From NCBI GenBank assembly GCA_048213135.1, contig PS015127.1, positions 1 to 41,802 of the forward strand: a stretch of DNA of 41,802 nt. Direction: 5' to 3'. Both the position numbers and the translations under genes were made by a program. A model generated the notes under the pieces. It had not been told where the DNA came from and did no database searches. It worked only from the letters and a program-made list of their open reading frames with translations. This document shows, in pieces, positions 35,313-41,802 of the stretch; positions within the stretch are counted from its first letter, which is position 1; each line of letters starts with the position of its first letter. The DNA comes from Reclinomonas americana ATCC 50394. Lineage: Eukaryota.

Positions 35313-36855
35313 TCAGTAAAAATCTGGCGAGCTCGCCGGCCACTCTAAACAACTGTGGACGCCAAACAAATCCTCCGCCATGTCGTCAAACAACACTGAC
35401 GCGCAAGGCAACTCGAACGGCTGATGCGCCTGCGCAAAGAGAGTTGCTCTCTCAACATCGCCGCGAGCGGGGGATGGCACAGTCGGTGGGCGCGGTGGTG
35501 GCGGTGGGGGTGGGGAGTACAAGCCGGCATGCACGTGCAAAATGTGGGGCGGCAAAGGCAGTGGCGGCACCAAAGCGATGTCACTTTCACTGAACGGCTC
35601 CGAAGAAGTCTGTGCATACGCGGACGCAGTCGACAGGCCAGCTGCAGGCGCCGGTCCGTTGCCAAACGACAGAGGAGAGGGCACTGACTAAAGCTCTCTG
35701 ACTCCCGAATGGCGACGAGGCCGACACACTGTGACTGCTGTCGACCATGTCTTGCGCGTGCACGGCCGTGGGAGGCGATGGTGGTGCGGGAGACGAGGGT
35801 GCTGGTGATGAGGAGCTTGAGGATCGATATCCGGACGGTGACGAGGAAAAATCGANNNNNNNNNNNNNNNNNNNNNNNNNNNNNNNNNNNNNNNNNNNNN
35901 NNNNNNNNNNNNNNNNNNNNNNNNNNNNNNNNNNNNNNNNNNNNNNNNNNNNNNNNNNNNNNNNNNNNNNNNNNNNNNNNNNNNNNNNNNNNNNNNNNNN
36001 NNNNNNNNNNNNNNNNNNNNNNNNNNNNNNNNNNNNNNNNNNNNNNNNNNNNNNNNNNNNNNNNNNNNNNNNNNNNNNNNNNNNNNNNNNNNNNNNNNNN
36101 NNNNNNNNNNNNNNNNNNNNNNNNNNNNNNNNNNNNNNNNNNNNNNNNNNNNNNNNNNNNNNNNNNNNNNNNNNNNNNNNNNNNNNNNNNNNNNNNNNNN
36201 NNNNNNNNNNNNNNNNNNNNNNNNNNNNNNNNNNNNNNNNNNNNNNNNNNNNNNNNNNNNNNNNNNNNNNNNNNNNNNNNNNNNNNNNNNNNNNNNNNNN
36301 NNNNNNNNNNNNNNNNNNNNNNNNNNNNNNNNNNNNNNNNNNNNNNNNNNNNNNNNNNNNNNNNNNNNNNNNNNNNNNNNNNNNNNNNNNNNNNNNNNNN
36401 NNNNNNNNNNNNNNNNNNNNNNNNNNNNNNNNNNNNNNNNNNNNNNNNNNNNNNNNNNNNNNNNNNNNNNNNNNNNNNNNNNNNNNNNNNNNNNNNNNNN
36501 NNNNNNNNNNNNNNNNNNNNNNNNNNNNATCCACACGCAGTGGGTTCGGAACGCCGGATGCGACACGACGGCGGTGTCCGCCTCGTCGTTGTGGCTGCTC
36601 CAGCGGTGCAGGCTCGTCCGCCATCTGCGCTGTTGGTGGGAATGATGGTAATGATGGCAGTGGTGGTGGTGGTGGTGGAAGCAGAAGCGGGGCTGGTGGT
36701 GGCGGTTGCGGAGATGCAGGTGGAAATGTGGGCGGCACAAATGGCCACGTCGAGAAGTAGATGAGCGCGGTGGTGGGAGTGGCAGGTGTACGCGGATCGA
36801 GCTCGGGGTCGTCGTGACTGCCGTCGGGGTCCACGTGGTTCGGCGATCCAGACAT
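35313..36855 (-). CDS. Hypothetical Pro/Ser-rich protein, central part in gap
   Basis: Open frames on both sides of the gap; candidate ATG at 36855 (MSGSPNHVDP), with TATAAATA on the minus strand at 36930-36937. Confidence 0.45.
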
Positions 36856-37162
36856 GAGGTAAACTGGCTTGTCTCTGCTCCAAGAAAGAGGGGAAATGAA
36901 AGAGTACAATAGATTGGTGGGCCCTCAAATATTTATAGTTCGTCGTGCTTCGAACACGAACGCCACAGAGCTGCATGCGCTCGCTGCCGTGGTGCCACAC
37001 ACAGGAGGACCCTATAGGCAGCGAGAGAAGCAAGAGAGTGCCTGTGGATCGCTGAGTGTGTGTACTTGTCGGGTTTGTCTAATACGACATACCGGTCAAT
37101 GTGCAAGTTGATTTTGACAGGCGTGCGCGGGTCGCCAGCCGACTCCGCCACGCCACGCCGAA

Positions 37163-38708
37163 TCACATTTGGAGTGCCTCGGGAGTCTCATCTCCCATCG
37201 TCTCCTCCTTCCACTCTCTGAGAGCGCAGCGAATACGCAGCACTACATTGGATACTGCCGTCATTTCGAACATGCATTTCAATTATTGTCATGCATCAAG
37301 TTTCATCGACCGCAGGGCACCCGTAGATGCCAGGGACTAGGCAGCACTCACTAGAAGAGGTTACGACAGAGTTGCTGGAGGAGTGGTGGAACCTGTCGTG
37401 ACAGGCTTCTTCATCTTCAGAATATCAGAAATTGTGCTTCAATTTGACCTCATCTCCCACACACACGCACGCTTTGCCGTCACTCACTGCCCGTCAGTCG
37501 CTCGAACAGCATGTCGACAGCAAGCTCGTCAAACGACAAGCCGCCGCGCATGAACCCGGACTTTGGAGGGGCCTCTCTCTCCACATTCTCTTCGTCATCG
37601 TCGCTTGCGTACTCGATGGACTGTGCGCGCGCAGCACCGATGAGCAGCGAAACCCGCGCAACACAGCACACACATGCACAGTGTGTAACACCTCCCAGTC
37701 GAGACCCGGTGCCATGTCGTGAGTCGTCGTTGGCGCTGCAGGCAACACGTGCACATCGCTGTAGAGAATGGTGTCATCGCTTTCGAAGCGCAGCCGGCTG
37801 TCGTCATCCTCAGTCACTTCCTCTATGGTCTCCTCTTCCTCCAGACCCTCCGCCTCACGCCTGGCCTCCTCCTCTCTTGGTGGCGACTGTCGAGTGGCCA
37901 TCATCCGCTCGTCAAAGATGCACTCGGACGAGTTGTCGCCGTCAACGCGATCAGCCTTCGGAAGCTCCACTCTCTGCGAGCAGTGTATGGTGAGTAACAC
38001 ACAATCATGTGGTGGTAGTGGTGGCCGTGGAAACGGTGCCCACCTGGCCGCTGTGATAGCGTGCCTGCTGTGGATCCACCTCATGCGGTGTCTCGTGCGC
38101 GTCGTCGTGTTCTGTAACCACCTCCAGCTGCAATCGTGGTCTGTGAAACATGCGAGTGAGCTGCTCGTGCGCCATGCACACAAGCGACACCCCTCTTGCT
38201 CTTCCCCGCACTCACGTGATCACGGCCGACCGCACACGATGGCCATGAACGCGGATACGACGCGCGCCTTCCTGATCTTCCACACGACTTTCATCTCTCT
38301 CCCCCTTCACCCGGCCATGGCCACCTGTGTGGTGAAGGTCCACCAGAGCGATTGCCGCCTCTCGTTCCTCCACGCCGCCACTGCCAGTGACGGTGGTGAG
38401 CCCAGTTGAAGTGGCAGGCGAACACGACCAAAGTGCCAGTTTTTGCACATCACTCACCGCACAACTGCGTTCCCCTTGCTGCCACTCGCGCTCCTTGCAG
38501 CAGTGGGCTTACCCTCTGCCCGCTGAGCACCAGCGCCCTTGCGCGCAGCAGGTCGTCGAGATCCAGGTCGCGTTCTCGCTCGCTGACTCTTCTCAAGCAG
38601 CTCATGCACCGGAAAATCAAACGGATCACCCGACACTGCTGCTCCCTGTCGCACCACACCAGTGCGTGGCTGCACTTTGCCTCGGAAAAGTGCGCGTGCT
38701 CTCTGCAT
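37163..38708 (-). CDS. Hypothetical multi-exon protein (basic N-terminus, acidic middle)
   Basis: About seven exons join in frame through GT-AG introns (MQRARALF...DPFDFPV...EEEETIEEV...LSFDELAVDMLFERL...). No family recognised; the stop could instead be at 37480. Confidence 0.4.
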
Positions 38709-38800
38709 CAACGAACTTCAATTGCGCTGGCCAATCGTTTTGCGGGAAGCGCAGCGAGCGCAGCGAGCACTGGCCAGTTTGTGCACACTCTCTCTTACAC

Positions 38801-40638
38801 ATGATTGCCGCGATCGGCTGGGTGCCCAAGGGTCGCGCCAAGGTTCGCTCCACCCCTCCATCACCCGCGCTTGATTGGAGCTCACGTGCATTGTGTAATG
38901 CAGGAGGTACCCGACAAGTATGAACCCACAGAGGAGGATGTGAAGAAGTGGATGGTGGAGGCTGGGTTGCGTTACACTCTCTCTCGTCACGCAACAACAC
39001 ACGCACATGTGAGCAGCCACTGATTGGCTCGCGTTCTCTCTCTGTGTGTGTGTGCATGTGCATCTGCACATGCGCAGCCTGGACCCCGACGCCGAGCCCC
39101 CCGAGGAAGGCAGCGCCTCTGGCATGCACGGCGGTGATGCAGATCACGATGGTGAGGATGGTGACGAAGCTGGTGACGATGATGATGATGATGATGGCGA
39201 GGTGCGAACGGCAGCCAGGGCCGCAGCTGCACTGGGACGCGAAGGTGTGTGTGTGTGTGTGCGAGAGAGTGTGCGTGTGTGTGCGTGTGTTGCTGACAAC
39301 GGTGCTTGCAGCGGGCGATAGCGATGATGAGGTGAATCGAGTGTTTCACATGGACGAGTACGACGATGAGCCGGAGCGCGATCCGATTACCATGATCGCC
39401 TCCTCTGCGTCGTCGCTCTACTATCAGTCGAATGCCGAGGATCCGTACTTGCAGGACGATGATGGCGAGGTGCGGCGTGCAGGTGCCGACGGGTTGTCTT
39501 TCTCTGTGGCCNNNNNNNNNNNNNNNNNNNNGGCAAAGGTCGGTGACACATTCTCCCTCCTCGCTCTCTCTCACTCTCTCTCTCGCTCTTGTGCACCCTG
39601 TCTGACGTGTGCGCGATGCAGGTGTGGGACGTGGAGCGACTGGTGTGCGGTGTCACAATGTCGCACCACACCGACAAGGTGGTGTCGGTGTGCTGGAATC
39701 CGGCCGAGGCCAACATTCTCTTGACAGGCGGCTACGATCGACGAGTGTGTGTGCTGGATCCGCGATCTGTTGCGTCTCTGTTTCTTGTGTGTTTCGGTGG
39801 TGTGTCGCTGCTGACACGGGATGCACAGCCCGACGCATACGCCACATGGGAGACGCCATCCGACGTGGAAGACGTGCAGTGGAATCCACATCACGCGGAG
39901 CAGTTTTCAGTGGCCACCGAGCTTGGTCAGGTGCACGCGTTCGACGCACGGCGGCCGGGGCAGTCACTGTACACGATTTCTGCACACGATTCGGCTGTGA
40001 GGTTTGTGTGTGTTTCGGGATGTGGCGTCGACGGAGACTGTGACTCACCTTTTGCTTCAATCTATCGCAGCTCGATTGCCTTTAGTTCTCTGGTACCGGA
40101 TCTCATGTGCACAGTCGGCAACGACGGCATGCTCAAGTTGTGGGATCTGGCAAACAATTCACCGTCGTGCCTGTACACCCGAAACATGGACATGGTGCGA
40201 TTGTGTGCTCGACGCAGCACTCCTCCCCCTCCTCTTGTGACACTCGCACGTGCAGGGTGCCATCTTCACTGTCTCCTTCTGCCCCGATTCACCATTCACC
40301 GTGGCCGTCGGCGGCGCCACAGGCACAGTTGCGCTGATCGTATCTCACTGCGCCTGACTTGTGAACTCACCACGCGCACAGCTGACGGTGTGGAACACAC
40401 TCGACATGAACGTCATTCGCAGCCGATACCGCACCTACATCACCGAGGACATGGTCTGCCACATGCCTGTGTCTCACTGTGTTTGCTTGCTCCTGCTGAC
40501 CTTTATCCCACGCAGCTTCGCCTGGCACCGAAAGGCAAGAGCAGCACCATTTCTGTCTCCACGCGTCTGGTCGGCGACGGCGACGAGGACGAGGAGGAGA
40601 GAGGCCGCGGTGGTGGCAACGACGACGACATGGAATAA
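38801..40638 (+). CDS. PWP1: Periodic tryptophan protein 1 (WD40, ribosome biogenesis/chromatin)
   Basis: MIAAIGWVPKGRAK|EVPDKYE; FHMDEYDDE; LYYQSNAEDPYL; HHTDKVVSVCWNP...LLTGGYD; SDVEDVQWNPH; YTISAHDSAV; LKLWD. The central part is missing at the 20-N gap. Confidence 0.92.
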
Positions 40639-40688
40639 CGACGTTTTCGTAGCGAATGAAGACAGACACAACGTAATCTTACTTTTTT

Positions 40689-41478
40689 TCACTGTCGATC
40701 TGCGCAGCAGCGGGTGAGCACCACAACAACGCAGCAAACCCAAAGAGAGAGAGACGCAACAACTAAAGGCCACACCAAAGCCGAGCTGTACAATCACTGG
40801 CACACTCTTCATGACGCTGACGATCTTCTGCCCGTCCCTGCGACGGAGCAGCACTGCGGGGATGCGAACATCCACCCCGACTCCCCCATCATCCGACATG
40901 ACAAACACGTCGTCGTCGTTGGTGTTGAGCAGCACAACGCCCACGGCTCCGGCGTTCTGCGCGTGTCGGATCTTGAACACAAAGCTGCACTCCTGTGGCA
41001 AGAAGAATCAGAGTCAGCATGAGGGAAGAAGGGAGGGAGAGAAGACAGACAGACACTCAACTCCACGCTCAATGACAGCGATCTTGCCCTTGAGTGCGCG
41101 TTGGTTGCGCAGCTCGGTGCACGCACGCACTGGCATTGCTTGCACGAGAGCTGCACACGCGTTGAGAAACACACGCACATCCACACCCTTCACTCTCTCT
41201 CTCACACTCTCACACACACGCAACTGGCCTCCACTGGCATTCCCGTCAAGTACGGTGGCCCAAACTGCGCCACTCCATACACATAGTCGCCCGCAGGCAG
41301 GTCTGCGCCAAGGTGAGCACAAAAGAGAGAGAGAGAGCGCGCGCATATATGACAAACCATTCTCATCCACTGGCACCGCCAAGCTCTGCGGCGCCAGCAC
41401 GCGGAACCCGCTGACGCACGTGAGCAGGAAGCACACGAGGAGAACGAGCACAGACACACACTCTTCTCTCCCTCTCAT
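40689..41478 (-). CDS. Small secreted protease-associated (PA) domain protein (PRADC1-like), 5 exons
   Basis: Signal peptide (VLVLLVCFLLTCVSG), AQFG, ACTELRN..ALKGKIAVIERG|ECSFVFKIRHAQNAGAVGVVLLN, VRIPAVLL...DG; predicted end GFDRQ-stop. Confidence 0.85.
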
Positions 41479-41502
41479 CGCTGCTTACTCACAATCAATC
41501 AG

Positions 41503-41802
41503 TTAGTCAACTGGAAGACAACTGCTGTGCGCATGGATCGCCCGCGCAGACACCGTCATCGCCACGTGGCGGTGCTTGTTGGACGCCATGTTCTCTCCGG
41601 ACTCAATGGACTTGTCACGTTTATCAGTCGCGCAGGTCTGGCCGATCGCTCTCCGCCTCTCTGCTTGCTCAGTCTTCACTGACTTTATGCGCACAGACTC
41701 GCGTGATAAGGTCATGTTAGTGTGTGGTGGTGGTAGTGGTGGTGGTGGTGGAGAGTTGCTTATACGGTGTGTCCACAGGTGGTCAAGGCGATGCAGCACG
41801 GG
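41503..41802 (-). CDS. Possible terminal exon of an upstream gene (unrecognised)
   Basis: Stop-free frame running to the window edge; no motif recognised. Confidence 0.25.
   Translation of the reverse strand, partial: PVLHRLDHLWTHRISNSPPPPPLPPPHTNMTLSRESVRIKSVKTEQAERRRAIGQTCATDKRDKSIESGENMASNKHRHVAMTVSARAIHAHSSCLPVD

Overview
Gene-dense, intron-rich nuclear DNA from a unicellular eukaryote (draft scaffold with nine N-gaps; I cannot name the organism). Most entries in the ORF track are artefacts of introns and microsatellites, so I rebuilt gene models by hand from GT-AG junctions and remembered family motifs; boundaries are approximate and none are RNA-validated. About 16 genes: a TPR-like protein (partial), an SLC25 carrier (last exon), QTRT1, an ABCA half-transporter, RFC1, a calpain-like protein, a TMEM53/DUF829 protein, a ubiquitin-fold CAAX protein, PWP1, a secreted PA-domain protein and several low-complexity hypotheticals. 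Main observations: (1) a recurring class of one-base-shifted 5' splice sites (GTTGCGT/GTTGAGT/GTTACGT) in about 14 introns; (2) a calpain lacking its catalytic triad, fused to a whole calmodulin-like domain; (3) a QTRT1 whose three zinc-binding cysteines are replaced by F/W/A; (4) an ABCA ATPase domain missing the signature motif, catalytic Glu, D-loop Asp and switch His; (5) a ubiquitin-like protein with CAAX in place of diGly; (6) very short intergenic spacers alongside introns enlarged by local tandem duplication. No rRNA, tRNA, CRISPR array or recognisable mobile element was seen.
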